DNA of 63,431 nucleotides, filler included, from Actinobacteria bacterium UBA7524 (GTDB taxonomy: Bacteria; Actinomycetota; Coriobacteriia; Anaerosomatales; UBA912), in assembly GCA_002478275.1 (NCBI GenBank). It is 3 parts of 3 records of this genome, joined end to end, with 100 filler letters (N's around TTAATTAATTAA, not from the genome) between each part and the next. Parts side by side here need not be neighbours in the genome. Positions count along the whole stretch, not along the records: positions 26,447 to 56,188 come from DLMY01000035.1; 2 more parts are not named here. One strand, written 5' to 3'. A model generated the notes under the pieces. The model saw nothing but the letters and a program-made list of their open reading frames with translations, was not told where the DNA came from and did no database searches. Below, piece by piece: positions 27,408-37,433 of the stretch (positions are counted from its first letter, which is position 1; every line of letters starts with the position of its first letter). A program made the position numbers and the translations under genes.

Positions 27408-28955
27408 CTAGGCGGGACCAAGCCACTCCTGGATCGCGGTCTCGATGCTGAGGCTTCCTGCGTCGACAACAGAGGAGAATCGCTCCTCGGCATCTCTGAG
27501 GCCAGCGAGTCCTGAGGGAACGCCCGATATGCCCTCGCCGGCCAGCGCCATGACCGCTTCGAGCTGTGCGGCTCCGTCGAGTGCTGCATACTCAGCAGGG
27601 AGATCGCTCGGGTAGTCGAGTTCGAGCAAGGACTTCAACACCGCCGTGCCGAACTTGGCCCAGTGCGCTGTGGAGACTACAAGGACAGGATCGTCCCCTC
27701 GCAGCCGTTCGGCGACCTCCCACGCTACGGCGGTGTGCGGGTCCATCAGGTAGCCCGTCTCCCGGAAGATCCGTCTGATAGTCGTCAGCGCGTCGTCGTT
27801 GCTGACCCAGTCGCCGACCAGAAGCTCCCGCATGGCCCTGAATGTCTCGCGATCGACCTGGAACCGGCGTTCCGAGGAAAGTCGGCCGATCCAGTCCTCG
27901 ACGCGGGAGGCTCCGGCAAGGTGATAGAGAAGTCGCTCAAGGTTGCTGGAGATCAGGATGTCCATGCTTGGACTGGGCGTGTTGACCAGTTCACGCGATG
28001 AGATATCGTACACGCCGGTTGCGATGAAGTCAGCCAGCACGTTGTTCTCGTTACTCGCACAGATCAGACGGCCTATCGGAACGCCGATGTGTCGAGCGTA
28101 ATAGGCACCGAGGATGTTTCCGAAGTTGCCGGTGGGCACGCAGACATCCATGGGCTCGCCAGGTCGTACTCCTCCGCTGGTGACCATGTCGGCGTAGGCG
28201 CTGATGTAGTAGACGATCTGTGGCAGGAGGCGGCCCCAGTTTATCGAGTTGGCCGAGGAGAGCCGAATGCCACGCTCGGCAAGCGCGGCGTTGAACGCCG
28301 GGTTGCCGAACACGCTCTTGACTGCGTTCTGGCAGTCGTCGAAATCACCCTTGACGCCGAACACGGCAACGTTGTCACCGTGTTGCGTGACCATCTGCTT
28401 GCGCTGCATCTCGGAAACGCCACCCGAGGGGTAGAAGACGACTATCCGCGTGTGATCCCGGTCCGCGAAACCTTCGAGAGCCGCCTTGCCTGTGTCGCCA
28501 GACGTGGCGACAAGGATGAGGTAGTCCTCGGTGGGGATGCCTCGTGCCCTTCGCACTTCGACAGCCTCGCTGAAGAAGAGAGGCATGCATTGCAGGGCCA
28601 TGTCCTTGAATGCGCTCGTCGGACCGTGCCACAATTCGAGCACGTGGATGTCGGGTCGCACTTCGGTGATCGGTGCGATGCGCGGATCGTCCCACTGCGA
28701 ACCGTAAGCGCGTTGCATCAGGATGTCTATGCGAGGGTCCTTGACATCGATCCCGAAGCGGGAGAACGTCGCCGCCGCTCGTCGCCAATAGGGCATGGTG
28801 CCGAATGCGAGCACTTCCTCCAATGAGAACGTCGGGAGCTCTTCAGGTACGTAGAGCCCTCCGCCCGGGGCGATGCCCTTGAGTACGGCTTCAAGGAACG
28901 TAGGCCGTGATGCGCCGACGCCCCTGGTGTCCAGATAACGAGTCTCATGTCTCAT
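27408..28955 (-). CDS. thrC: Threonine synthase
   Basis: LELWHGPTSAFKDMAL, ATSGDTG, SANSINWGR, VPTGNFGN, SPSMDILISSNLER. Confidence 0.95.
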   Translation of the reverse strand: MRHETRYLDTRGVGASRPTFLEAVLKGIAPGGGLYVPEELPTFSLEEVLAFGTMPYWRRAAATFSRFGIDVKDPRIDILMQRAYGSQWDDPRIAPITEVRPDIHVLELWHGPTSAFKDMALQCMPLFFSEAVEVRRARGIPTEDYLILVATSGDTGKAALEGFADRDHTRIVVFYPSGGVSEMQRKQMVTQHGDNVAVFGVKGDFDDCQNAVKSVFGNPAFNAALAERGIRLSSANSINWGRLLPQIVYYISAYADMVTSGGVRPGEPMDVCVPTGNFGNILGAYYARHIGVPIGRLICASNENNVLADFIATGVYDISSRELVNTPSPSMDILISSNLERLLYHLAGASRVEDWIGRLSSERRFQVDRETFRAMRELLVGDWVSNDDALTTIRRIFRETGYLMDPHTAVAWEVAERLRGDDPVLVVSTAHWAKFGTAVLKSLLELDYPSDLPAEYAALDGAAQLEAVMALAGEGISGVPSGLAGLRDAEERFSSVVDAGSLSIETAIQEWLGPA

Positions 28956-29098
28956 GTAGGCGATTCTACCCGACGAGGGGTGCTCGCGGTGTATTCGTTG
29001 CTGGAGTGGGTGGAGTTGCGGCAGCCGGGGGTCGGCTTCGGAAAGGTCGTGCTAATCTGGTCAGTGCGCCTGAGTGTGGTCTGGAGAGAGGGGCACCC

Positions 29099-30304
29099 GT
29101 GAGATACTGCGTCATCATCTTGGATGGAGCCGCCGGTTGGCCACTGCCGGAGCTGGGTGGCCGCACGACTCTGCAAGCTGCTGAGACGCCGAATCTCGAT
29201 CGGATGGCGAGATCCGGGACGGTGGGCCTCGCGCAAACAGTGCCGGCGGGCCTGGAGCCTTCATCTTCGGCGGCGTGTACGTCCATCCTCGGGTACGATC
29301 CCGTTGCCGATCACGTGGGCAGGGGCGCGATCGAGGCCGCCAGCATGGGTATCGAGCTTACCAGTGATGAGGTCGCACTACGCCTGAATCTGGTGACTGT
29401 GGCTGACGGCCTTATGAACAGCTACTCGGGGGGCCACATCGGGACCGAAGAATCTCACGCGATCGTAGCCGATCTGGCGCGGGCCCTCGACGATGAGACC
29501 TTCAGACTCTATCCCGGAGTGGCGTATCGCCATATCCTTGTCGTCAAAGGACACCCTGGGCTTACGGACCTCCTCTACACGCCTCCACACGACATTCCCG
29601 GTCAACCGGTTGCCGACCATCTTCCCAATGGTGCGGGAGCCGAACTACTGCTCGACTACATGCGAAGGGCGCAGCCGGTACTTGAGAACAACGCTGTGAA
29701 CCGCTGTCGCGTCTCGGATGGTTTCCTGCCTGTAACGGACGTGTGGCCTTTCTGGCCTGGAACCGCACCGAGAAGCATGATGCCGTTCTCTGCGCGATTC
29801 GGCTTGAGTGCGGGGCTCACTTCGGGGGTCGATCTTCTCAATGGGCTGGCCGTGCTCACCGGGATCGAGCGTCTCATCATCCCCGGCGTGACTGACGGTC
29901 CGGACAATGACTATCGTGCGCAAGCGGAGGGTGCGATCGCGGCGCTTAGCGACCATGACGTCGTTATCGTTCATGTCGAATCGCCGGATGAGGCCGGACA
30001 CTCTGGTGATATCGACGGCAAGATCGCCGCGATCGAGGCGATCGACCTGGAGGTCATCGCCCGATTCATGGATCTTGAGGGTGACGTCAGGATCCTCGCG
30101 ATGCCGGACCACCCGACTCCCATAGAGCTTCGCACCCACGTCGGCGAGCCTGTCCCATTCGTCTTGTGGGGTTCGGGCGTGATCGCGTCAGGGGCGTCGG
30201 CGTACGACGAAGAGTCGGCAGCCTCGACCCGGCTGATGGTCGATCCGGGTCGCGATGTGATGTCGATGTTGCTGGGTGTGGGCGAGATGGCGTCATCCCT
30301 GTAA
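29099..30304 (+). CDS. ApgM-type cofactor-independent phosphoglycerate mutase family protein (proposed homoserine kinase subgroup)
   Basis: IILDGAA, TPNLDRMA, GRGAIEAA, HVESPDEAGH, PDHPTP..TH; divergent from thrC. Confidence 0.85.
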   Translation: MRYCVIILDGAAGWPLPELGGRTTLQAAETPNLDRMARSGTVGLAQTVPAGLEPSSSAACTSILGYDPVADHVGRGAIEAASMGIELTSDEVALRLNLVTVADGLMNSYSGGHIGTEESHAIVADLARALDDETFRLYPGVAYRHILVVKGHPGLTDLLYTPPHDIPGQPVADHLPNGAGAELLLDYMRRAQPVLENNAVNRCRVSDGFLPVTDVWPFWPGTAPRSMMPFSARFGLSAGLTSGVDLLNGLAVLTGIERLIIPGVTDGPDNDYRAQAEGAIAALSDHDVVIVHVESPDEAGHSGDIDGKIAAIEAIDLEVIARFMDLEGDVRILAMPDHPTPIELRTHVGEPVPFVLWGSGVIASGASAYDEESAASTRLMVDPGRDVMSMLLGVGEMASSL

Positions 30305-30318
30305 CGACCTGGCGTACC

Positions 30319-30927
30319 TCAGATCTTACCTGCGAGGATACGTCCCAGGCTGGCGGCTTTGTCACGTTCCCAGTCGTGGACACCGGGCCGGCGCCAGGTG
30401 TCGGTGACAGCAAGGGAGCCGATCGTGCGGATACCACCTTGCCCGAGTGCGCTTCTCAGTTCACGCACGGGGCCGGTGGTGTAGCCGAAGAACGTAGCGA
30501 GTGGCTCAGGGGCTCCGCAGGCGGTGATCACTATGGCTCGTTTGGCTTCCTCCACACACCTGGATCTTGGGACATCACGCATGCCGAGACCTGGCAGGTG
30601 CATCTGTCCGCTTGCGGCGAAGTACCCCGCGAGCCTGTCAAGCAGCGCCCGGGTGACTTCGTCGGCGCGCCTGAAGTAGGAGGGCGTACCGAATATCACG
30701 CCGTCGGCATCCGAGATGCGTGAAGCGAGTTCGGGCAGGTCATCGTCGATCTTGCATGTTCCTGTAGCCATGCACATCCGGCAGCCGGTGCAATAGCGGA
30801 TCTCCATGTCGTAGAGACGAACCCGTTCGACCTCCGCACCCGCAGCTTCGGCGGCCAGGGCGGCCGTTTCGACGGATCGGCTCACGACACCTTGTCGTCT
30901 ACTGGCGTCTATCGCGATGATTCTCAA
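30319..30927 (-). CDS. Flavodoxin-like iron-sulfur flavoprotein / NADPH-dependent FMN reductase family
   Basis: CTGCRMC....C..DD, ADGVIFGTPSY. Confidence 0.85.
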   Translation of the reverse strand: MRIIAIDASRRQGVVSRSVETAALAAEAAGAEVERVRLYDMEIRYCTGCRMCMATGTCKIDDDLPELASRISDADGVIFGTPSYFRRADEVTRALLDRLAGYFAASGQMHLPGLGMRDVPRSRCVEEAKRAIVITACGAPEPLATFFGYTTGPVRELRSALGQGGIRTIGSLAVTDTWRRPGVHDWERDKAASLGRILAGKI

Positions 30928-31529
30928 CGGGTGTCTCCCTTCGGCGTGCGGGACTCAAAGAGCGTTCGTTGTGGCGGGGCCTGGGCCATGTGCGCCGAGA
31001 TGGTCTCAGAACAATCATCGAGCCAGTCGATCGTTGCCCGTGTGCGTGCGATCGCCCCGTCAAGGGTCATGCGGTGAACGAGACACGTACGCTCTGTCGC
31101 CTCGCAGCTTCCGGAGCCGAGCGTCGAGACGCGTGCCCGGAGATCATCCAGCCGGTCCTGGTGAGCCGAGCGTTCACGTGCGATCACGTCGAGGACCGTT
31201 TCGTCGTTGAGGTCCCCACTGAATTCCAGACGCAAGAGGAATGGGTCGCGCGCGGGTGGAAGGTGGGGTTTCGACACGATCCAGTCCGCGAGCTCTCTAC
31301 GACCGTTGTCGGTGATGGCGTACACCTTGCGATCTGGTTTTCTCGACTGTCGGACCGTGCGGAGAGTCACGAGGCGCTTGTCGTGTAGCCGCTCCAGAGT
31401 ACGGTAGACCTGGGCCTGGTCGGCGGTCCAGAAGTGACGGGCGCGGTCGTCGAAGCATCGGGTCTTGAGGTCGTACCCCGACAGGTCCTCGACGTTGAGG
31501 AAACCCAAGATCGCATGGTCCAGGGACAC
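30924..31529 (-). CDS. PadR-family transcriptional regulator
   Basis: SLDHAILGFL..SGYDL..FWTADQAQVYRTL..PDRKVYAITDNGR. Confidence 0.9.
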   Translation of the reverse strand: MSLDHAILGFLNVEDLSGYDLKTRCFDDRARHFWTADQAQVYRTLERLHDKRLVTLRTVRQSRKPDRKVYAITDNGRRELADWIVSKPHLPPARDPFLLRLEFSGDLNDETVLDVIARERSAHQDRLDDLRARVSTLGSGSCEATERTCLVHRMTLDGAIARTRATIDWLDDCSETISAHMAQAPPQRTLFESRTPKGDTR

Positions 31530-31704
31530 ACGAACCGCCCTCAGAGAGATATATGACAGAACAAGTATATGTGGAGACATATAACTTCGTCTAGTGTCGA
31601 GTCCAACTCCAGTTCTGCACCTATGTCCCATGCTCAGGATGCATTTTCGAAGTCTCAAGTCGTAGTTGACCCACGCTCAGGACAGGCTTTCACTTCAGGA
31701 CAAC

Positions 31705-31734
31705 TGAAACGGGGCCCTTGCGGGCCCCGTTTCA
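31705..31734. terminator. Perfect 13-bp hairpin, possibly a terminator
   Basis: TGAAACGGGGCCC-TTGC-GGGCCCCGTTTCA. Confidence 0.55.
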
Positions 31735-32022
31735 TGGGAGGGAGGTGAAGAAGACGTACGTATGGGTCCAGATCGACAGTATGAGCACTTCTTCGTACAC
31801 GCACAGTATCGGCCTTGGTGACGAAGCCGGCGTGAAGTGCATGTGGAGAATGCGTGTGTTCGAATGTGGCTCCGCGTTGGATCTCGCATTGCCGTTCACG
31901 CTCTCGAACGACCGCTCGGGTGGGACGGTACTGTTCTATTGGCACGTGACATGCTCCACTGTGGTGTAGTGGAATGAACGTGTGACGCTGAACGTGGCCA
32001 GTGTCGGAAGGAATCGCACACG

Positions 32023-32331
32023 ATGCCAGGACGAAGACTCAACTGCTGGGAGTATCAGGACTGCGGGCGCGGTCCTGGTGGAGAACGTGCGGCTGAGTTG
32101 GGTGAGTGTCCGACATCGACGGCCCAGGCGATGCACGGCAGCAACAATGGCGTGAACGCGGGTCGTGCGTGCTGGGTCGTCTCGGGTACGTTGTGCGATG
32201 GGGTCGTCGCGGGTGACTTCGAAGACAAGGTGAATGACTGTCGCAGGTGTGCTTTCTACCACCGCGTCGAGGTCGAGGAGGGGCTTGAGTTCGAGGGGAA
32301 CGACGCTCTCTTGTCCCGCTATCGCGGTTAG
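32023..32331 (+). CDS. Cys-rich two-CW-domain protein
   Basis: NCWEYQDCGR...GECP...GRACWVVSGTLC...CRRCAFY. Confidence 0.75.
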   Translation: MPGRRLNCWEYQDCGRGPGGERAAELGECPTSTAQAMHGSNNGVNAGRACWVVSGTLCDGVVAGDFEDKVNDCRRCAFYHRVEVEEGLEFEGNDALLSRYRG

Positions 32332-32403
32332 CTTCGTCTCGCCCCGTCACTGTTGACTGAAGACAGGTGAGTTCGACACTGAACCACCGGGTAGAATCTG
32401 TTC

Positions 32404-32850
32404 ATGCCTTTCTACGAACATCCTCTTGCCGCAGTCACGGCCGACGTCGCCCTGTTCGCTGGAGCGAGGTCCGAGCGACTCATCCTCCTTGTCCGCCGTG
32501 CGTTCGATCCGTTCGTGGGGTCGTGGGCTCTGCCCGGGGGGTTCGTCGAGGAGGGCGAGCGGATCGAAGACGCCGCTCGAAGAGAGCTGGCCGAGGAGAC
32601 CGGAGTGCTTTGGCGGCGTCATCTCCACATGGTCGGAGGTTACGGTGACCCGGGAAGAGATCCTCGCGGCTGGACGGTGAGTGTCGTCTATGCGGGCTGG
32701 GCCGGGGAGCGGATACTGCCGGTGGATGCCGGCGACGATGCGGCCGAAGTTGCGTGGCACGACGTAGCGGCCCTTCCCGACCTGGCGTTCGATCATGCGC
32801 GGATCATCTCTGATGCGATCGACGTGTTGCGCCTGCACAACGAGTGGTGA
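32404..32850 (+). CDS. NUDIX hydrolase
   Basis: WALPGGFVEEGERIEDAARRELAEETG, RDPRG, LAFDH. Confidence 0.92.
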   Translation: MPFYEHPLAAVTADVALFAGARSERLILLVRRAFDPFVGSWALPGGFVEEGERIEDAARRELAEETGVLWRRHLHMVGGYGDPGRDPRGWTVSVVYAGWAGERILPVDAGDDAAEVAWHDVAALPDLAFDHARIISDAIDVLRLHNEW

Positions 32851-32915
32851 TGTCGGCGTCTGCGTCGGTCGATCGTCCGGCGGAGCCGCTCGCTCGTATG
32901 CAGGTCGAGTGCGCG

Positions 32916-32945
32916 TTGACATGCACTTGCGCCCCCGCGTATCCT
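32916..32945 (+). promoter_or_regulatory. Sigma70 promoter of the T-box leader
   Basis: TTGACA-N18-TATCCT. Confidence 0.65.
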
Positions 32946-32965
32946 TGCCGGAACCGAACATGCGT

Positions 32966-33298
32966 GCCGTCGATGGGGATGAGTACGTGTGCCCAGTAGG
33001 ACCAGCAGAGAGCCGGGGTAGCTGAGAACCGGTGTCCGAAGAGCCGCGGAACATGGCCCCGGAGGTCTCCGGAGGAAACGCGCAAGCGGAGTAATGCCGG
33101 ACGGTCGCCCCCGTTACCATGGGCTATAGGAGCATAGACGCCGGCGGGTAAACCCCACCACCCCGCGTTCTTTCGATCGGCGTCGAGTGCTTGAGAGGTT
33201 CCGGAGATACATTCCCGGGATGAAGTCGGGTGGTACCGCGGAAGGCGCATGCGCTTCTCGCCCTGACACCGTACGTGTCGGGTGGGGAGCGTTTTTCT
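32966..33298 (+). ncRNA. T-box riboswitch, Met-specific, transcriptional type
   Basis: AGTA, AGAGAG bulge, GCTGAGA distal loop, specifier GAAC-ATG-G (33053-55), CCGTTA, T-box GGGTGGTACCGCG (33228-40), terminator 33252-33298 ending TTTTTCT. Confidence 0.9.
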
Positions 33299-33314
33299 AT
33301 TGGAGGTGAGTGTC

Positions 33315-34487
33315 GTGGCAAAGAGCTGGGAAGAGATCAACGCACGGATCGCGAACGGAGAAGCGGTCGTGATGACCGCCGAGGAGTTCGGGGATATTGC
33401 GGCCGAACAAGGTGTCTCGACCGCTGCGAAGCAAGTCGACGTCGTGACGACAGGGACGTTCGGACCCATGTGCTCCTCCGGCGCCTTCCTCAACTTCGGA
33501 CACTCGGACCCCCCGATCAAGATGGGGGAGATCACTCTCAACGACGTGCCCGCGAGCGGAGGGCTCGCGGCTGTCGATACGTATCTGGGCGCGACCGAGC
33601 CATCGAACGTGAGGGGCATCGAGTATGGCGGTGCGCATGTCATCGAGGATCTTCTGCGTGGCCGTGCCGTCAGGCTTCGTGCGACCGGCCCCGGGACAGA
33701 CTGCTATCCGCGCACCGAGATCGATACATGGGTCACGCTCGAGGACTTGAACCAGGCGTACCTGTTCAACCCTCGCAACGCGTACCAGAACTACGCCGTG
33801 GCCGTGAACAGTGGTGATCGGACGCTCTACACATATCTCGGTACACTCTTGCCGCGCCTGGCGAACGCGACCTACTGCTCTGCCGGCGCCCTGTCGCCCT
33901 TGCTCAACGACCCGACCTATCGGACAATCGGCGTGGGGACGAGATGCTTCGTGGCGGGCGCTCCCGGGTATGTCGCCTGGGAGGGAACCCAGCACAATCC
34001 GCATGGTGACCGGGACGAGCATGGTGTCCCGATCAAGCCCGCAGGCACTCTTGCGGTGATCGCGGACCTCAAGCAGGCGGACCCGGAGTTCTTCTCGGCC
34101 GCGACGTTCACGCGCTACGGGGTCTCGTGCTTTGTGGGGATCGGCGTCCCGATCCCCGTGCTCGACGAGGAGATCGCTGCGACACTGGCGCTGACCGACG
34201 CACAGTTGACGGCAACGGTGTTCGACTATGGTGTCCAGCGCCGTAGCCGCCCGGCTCTCGGCACGGTCACCTACGCGCAACTACGCAGCGGGCAGATCGA
34301 GATAGACGGCGTCAAAGTGCCTACCGGTCCGATCAGCTCGCTGCCTAAGGCCCGCCGTGTAGCCGAGGAACTCAAGTCCTGGATCACCCGGCACCGCTTC
34401 ACGATCGCGCCGCCGCTGCAACAGCTGCCCCAGGTCGGGGCCCAGGCATTCAAACCGCTCGAGGTTCGCACAGAGGAGGCGATCTGA
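33315..34487 (+). CDS. Homocysteine biosynthesis protein (DUF39; L-aspartate semialdehyde sulfurtransferase, MA1821-like)
   Basis: EINARI..GEAVVMTAEE, VDVVTTGTFGPMCSSGA, GLAAVD, LFNPRNAYQNY, LSPLLNDP. Confidence 0.9.
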   Translation: MAKSWEEINARIANGEAVVMTAEEFGDIAAEQGVSTAAKQVDVVTTGTFGPMCSSGAFLNFGHSDPPIKMGEITLNDVPASGGLAAVDTYLGATEPSNVRGIEYGGAHVIEDLLRGRAVRLRATGPGTDCYPRTEIDTWVTLEDLNQAYLFNPRNAYQNYAVAVNSGDRTLYTYLGTLLPRLANATYCSAGALSPLLNDPTYRTIGVGTRCFVAGAPGYVAWEGTQHNPHGDRDEHGVPIKPAGTLAVIADLKQADPEFFSAATFTRYGVSCFVGIGVPIPVLDEEIAATLALTDAQLTATVFDYGVQRRSRPALGTVTYAQLRSGQIEIDGVKVPTGPISSLPKARRVAEELKSWITRHRFTIAPPLQQLPQVGAQAFKPLEVRTEEAI

Positions 34488-34488
34488 C

Positions 34489-34896
34489 ATGGCCAAGAGA
34501 AGACTCGACTTGACGTTCCCTCCTCGGCAGGCCACCAAACCGATCACATATCACCTGGTGAAGGATTTCGATCTGACCCCCAATATCCTCAGGGCCCAGA
34601 TCCAGCCCGGGCAGGAAGGGCGGATGCTTCTGGAGGTGAGTGGTCCTCGAGAGGTGATCGACCAGGCCGTCGAGTTCCTGGAGGGGGAGGGAGTGGCTGT
34701 GCACGCCGCAGCCAGCGATATCTGCCTCGATGAACAACAGTGTGTCGTTTGTGGACTGTGCACCGCGGTCTGTCGCCCGGGCGCGCTCACGCTTGACCAG
34801 GACAGCGCCGAGCTCGTGTTTGACAAGGACAAGTGCGTGTATTGTGAGGCGTGTGTGGTCGCGTGTCCGCGCAGGGCGATCACCCTCACGTTCTAG
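34489..34896 (+). CDS. NIL-domain 2x[4Fe-4S] ferredoxin (MA1822-like)
   Basis: PITYHLVKDFDL..NILRA; CVVCGLC...CRP and CVYCEAC...CP. Confidence 0.9.
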   Translation: MAKRRLDLTFPPRQATKPITYHLVKDFDLTPNILRAQIQPGQEGRMLLEVSGPREVIDQAVEFLEGEGVAVHAAASDICLDEQQCVVCGLCTAVCRPGALTLDQDSAELVFDKDKCVYCEACVVACPRRAITLTF

Positions 34897-34919
34897 GGCT
34901 GAAGGAAAGGGAACCGTCG

Positions 34920-37433
34920 ATGCCTGATATCTTGATGCGTCTTGGACGTGATGTCCTGGTCGTCGACGGGGCGTTCGGGACGATGTTGCAGGGCTACGAA
35001 ATGCCGCCCGAGCAGTGTCCCGAACAACTCAACATAACGGCTCCGGAGATAATCAGGGAGATCCATCACAACTACGTCCTGGCGGGCGCCGACTGCATCA
35101 CGTCGAACTCGTTCGGCGGGACCAGGGCCAAGCTGGACGAGTACGGACTCGGGGATCAGGTCGAGGAGCTCAACCGGGCTGCCGTGCGCTTGGCTCGTGA
35201 GTCCGGCGTACAGCACGTCCTGGCCGACGTGGGGCCGACAGGACTGGTACTCGAGCCGCTCGGTGCGGCCTCCTACGACTACGTGTTCGAGTTGTTCGCC
35301 GAGCAGATATCGGCGCTTGCCCAGGAGAACCCCGACGCGATCATCATCGAGACCATGACCGATATCGCCGAGGCCCGCTGTGCGCTGCTTGCGGCACGCA
35401 GCGTGTGTGACCTCCCGGTCTTCGTGACATGCACGTTCGGTCTATCCGGGCGTATGGACCTGTCCGGCACGGATCCGGCGACGGCCGCGATCATTCTCCA
35501 GGCTGTCGGTGCTGACGCGGTAGGACTGAACTGCGGACTGGGACCGGAGCAGATGGAGCCTCTGGTGGCCGAGATGGCTGCTGCGACCTCCCTGCCCCTG
35601 ATCGTACAGCCCAACGCCGGGCTGCCGACTCTCGTCGATGGGCAGACGGTGTTCCCCGGGACCCCGGACGAGATGGGAGAGCACGCGGCTCGCTTCGTCG
35701 ATCTCGGTGCAGCCTTGGTCGGATCGTGTTGCGGCTCCCGCCCGTCGTTCACAGGCGCCATCGTCGACTTCGTTCGTGACAAGCCGCCGGCGCCAAGACG
35801 ACCCTTGCCGCCGGGGACGGTGCTGGCCGGTCCCCGTGGCGCGATACGCATCGGTGGCGGTGCTCCCATAGCAGTGGTTGGTGAGCGGATTAATCCGACC
35901 GGGAAACGTGCGCTTGCCGATTCGCTGAGGGAAGGCTCGATGTCGGTGGTTCGTCAGTATGCCGCCGAGCAGGCCGCCGCAGGTGCGGACCTTCTGGACG
36001 TCAATGTGGGAGCCGCCGGTGTCGATCAGGTATCGCGCTTGAGGGAGGCGGTGTCTGCTGTCGTCGCCAGTGTCGATACGCCCGTGGTGATCGACACCAC
36101 TGATCCCGGAGCCCTGGAAGCAGCCTTGAAAGCATATCCCGGGCGCGCCTTGATCAACTCGGTGAACGGTGGCACCGATTCGTTGGAGACGGTCTTGCCG
36201 CTTGCCGACACGTACGGTGCTGCGGTGGTCGTGCTTGCGCTCGACGACGAAGGCATCCCGGCCGATGTGGAGGGCCGCATCGCGGTGGTCGAGCGTGTGC
36301 GGGATGCGGCACACAAGGCGGGATTGCACGATGAGGACCTGGTCGTCGACACCTTGGTGATGACGGCGGCCACCGATGCATCGGCTCCGATCGTGACCGT
36401 GGATGCGCTTTCAGCTGTGAAAGGCCTCGGTCTGAGTACGCTTCTCGGCGTCAGCAATGTGAGTCACGGTCTGCCGCATCGCCCTGCGCTCAACGCGGCA
36501 TTCCTCACGCTTGCGGCCGCCAAGGGTCTTGATGCGGCCATCGTCGATCCCGGCGACCGGGTCGTCACCGAGGCGCTCAGGATCGCCAACCTCGGCCGTG
36601 CCGGACAAGAGGGAACAGCGCATCTCGATGTCCAGGCGGCGCGTCAGGGTTGGGAAGATGCGTACTCTGCCGCGATGGACATCGCCAGCGCAGGTACCGG
36701 GGCACCGGGAGGTGGCGACGTTGCGGGCGGATCGTCGTCCGTTGCCGGCCTGGATTCCGATGCCGAGGGGTCTGCCCTCTCCCCGGGTCCCGTCAAGAAG
36801 CTCTCCTCGGCGATAGACCGTGGTGACGCAGACGGAGCTCCCGCGCTTGTGGATGCGGTCATCGCTGAAGGAACGGCCCCCGGCGACGTCATCGCCACGG
36901 TGCTGACGCCGGCGATCCAGCGGCTTGGGGACGCGTTCGGGCGGGGCGAGGTGTTCCTCCCTCAGCTCATCGTCGCGGCGGACGCGATGCGCGCCGCCGT
37001 GGAACGTGTCAAGAGCCATCTTCCTGAGGGTGAGACGGCTACCGAAGGACGCGTCGTGTTCGCCACGGTCAAGGGCGACATCCACTCGATAGGCAAGGAC
37101 ATCTGCATATCGCTTCTCGAAAGCCAGGGCTTCGAGGTCGTCGATCTCGGCGTTGACGTCGATCCCGAGTCGATCGCGCAACAAGGTGCCGCGCCGGACG
37201 TCTCGGCGGTCTGCCTGTCCGCTCTGATGACGACCACGTTGCCCGCGATGCAGCGTTCGGTGACACTACTTGCCGAGGAGAACCCTGGTCTGCCGGTGCT
37301 CGTCGGTGGGGCTGTAGTGACCCAGGAATGGGCATCGCAGATAGGGGCAGGCTATGCAGCGGACGCTCCCGGATGCGTCACTGCGGTCAGGGAGGCCGTT
37401 CGGCAGTTCGCGGAAGGGGGTGGTCAGGCATGA
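34920..37433 (+). CDS. metH: Cobalamin-dependent methionine synthase core (Hcy-, pterin- and B12-binding domains; no reactivation domain)
   Basis: DGAFGTML, GLNCG, PNAG, GSCCG, GERINPTG, GDIHSIGK, SALMTTT. Confidence 0.9.
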   Translation: MPDILMRLGRDVLVVDGAFGTMLQGYEMPPEQCPEQLNITAPEIIREIHHNYVLAGADCITSNSFGGTRAKLDEYGLGDQVEELNRAAVRLARESGVQHVLADVGPTGLVLEPLGAASYDYVFELFAEQISALAQENPDAIIIETMTDIAEARCALLAARSVCDLPVFVTCTFGLSGRMDLSGTDPATAAIILQAVGADAVGLNCGLGPEQMEPLVAEMAAATSLPLIVQPNAGLPTLVDGQTVFPGTPDEMGEHAARFVDLGAALVGSCCGSRPSFTGAIVDFVRDKPPAPRRPLPPGTVLAGPRGAIRIGGGAPIAVVGERINPTGKRALADSLREGSMSVVRQYAAEQAAAGADLLDVNVGAAGVDQVSRLREAVSAVVASVDTPVVIDTTDPGALEAALKAYPGRALINSVNGGTDSLETVLPLADTYGAAVVVLALDDEGIPADVEGRIAVVERVRDAAHKAGLHDEDLVVDTLVMTAATDASAPIVTVDALSAVKGLGLSTLLGVSNVSHGLPHRPALNAAFLTLAAAKGLDAAIVDPGDRVVTEALRIANLGRAGQEGTAHLDVQAARQGWEDAYSAAMDIASAGTGAPGGGDVAGGSSSVAGLDSDAEGSALSPGPVKKLSSAIDRGDADGAPALVDAVIAEGTAPGDVIATVLTPAIQRLGDAFGRGEVFLPQLIVAADAMRAAVERVKSHLPEGETATEGRVVFATVKGDIHSIGKDICISLLESQGFEVVDLGVDVDPESIAQQGAAPDVSAVCLSALMTTTLPAMQRSVTLLAEENPGLPVLVGGAVVTQEWASQIGAGYAADAPGCVTAVREAVRQFAEGGGQA

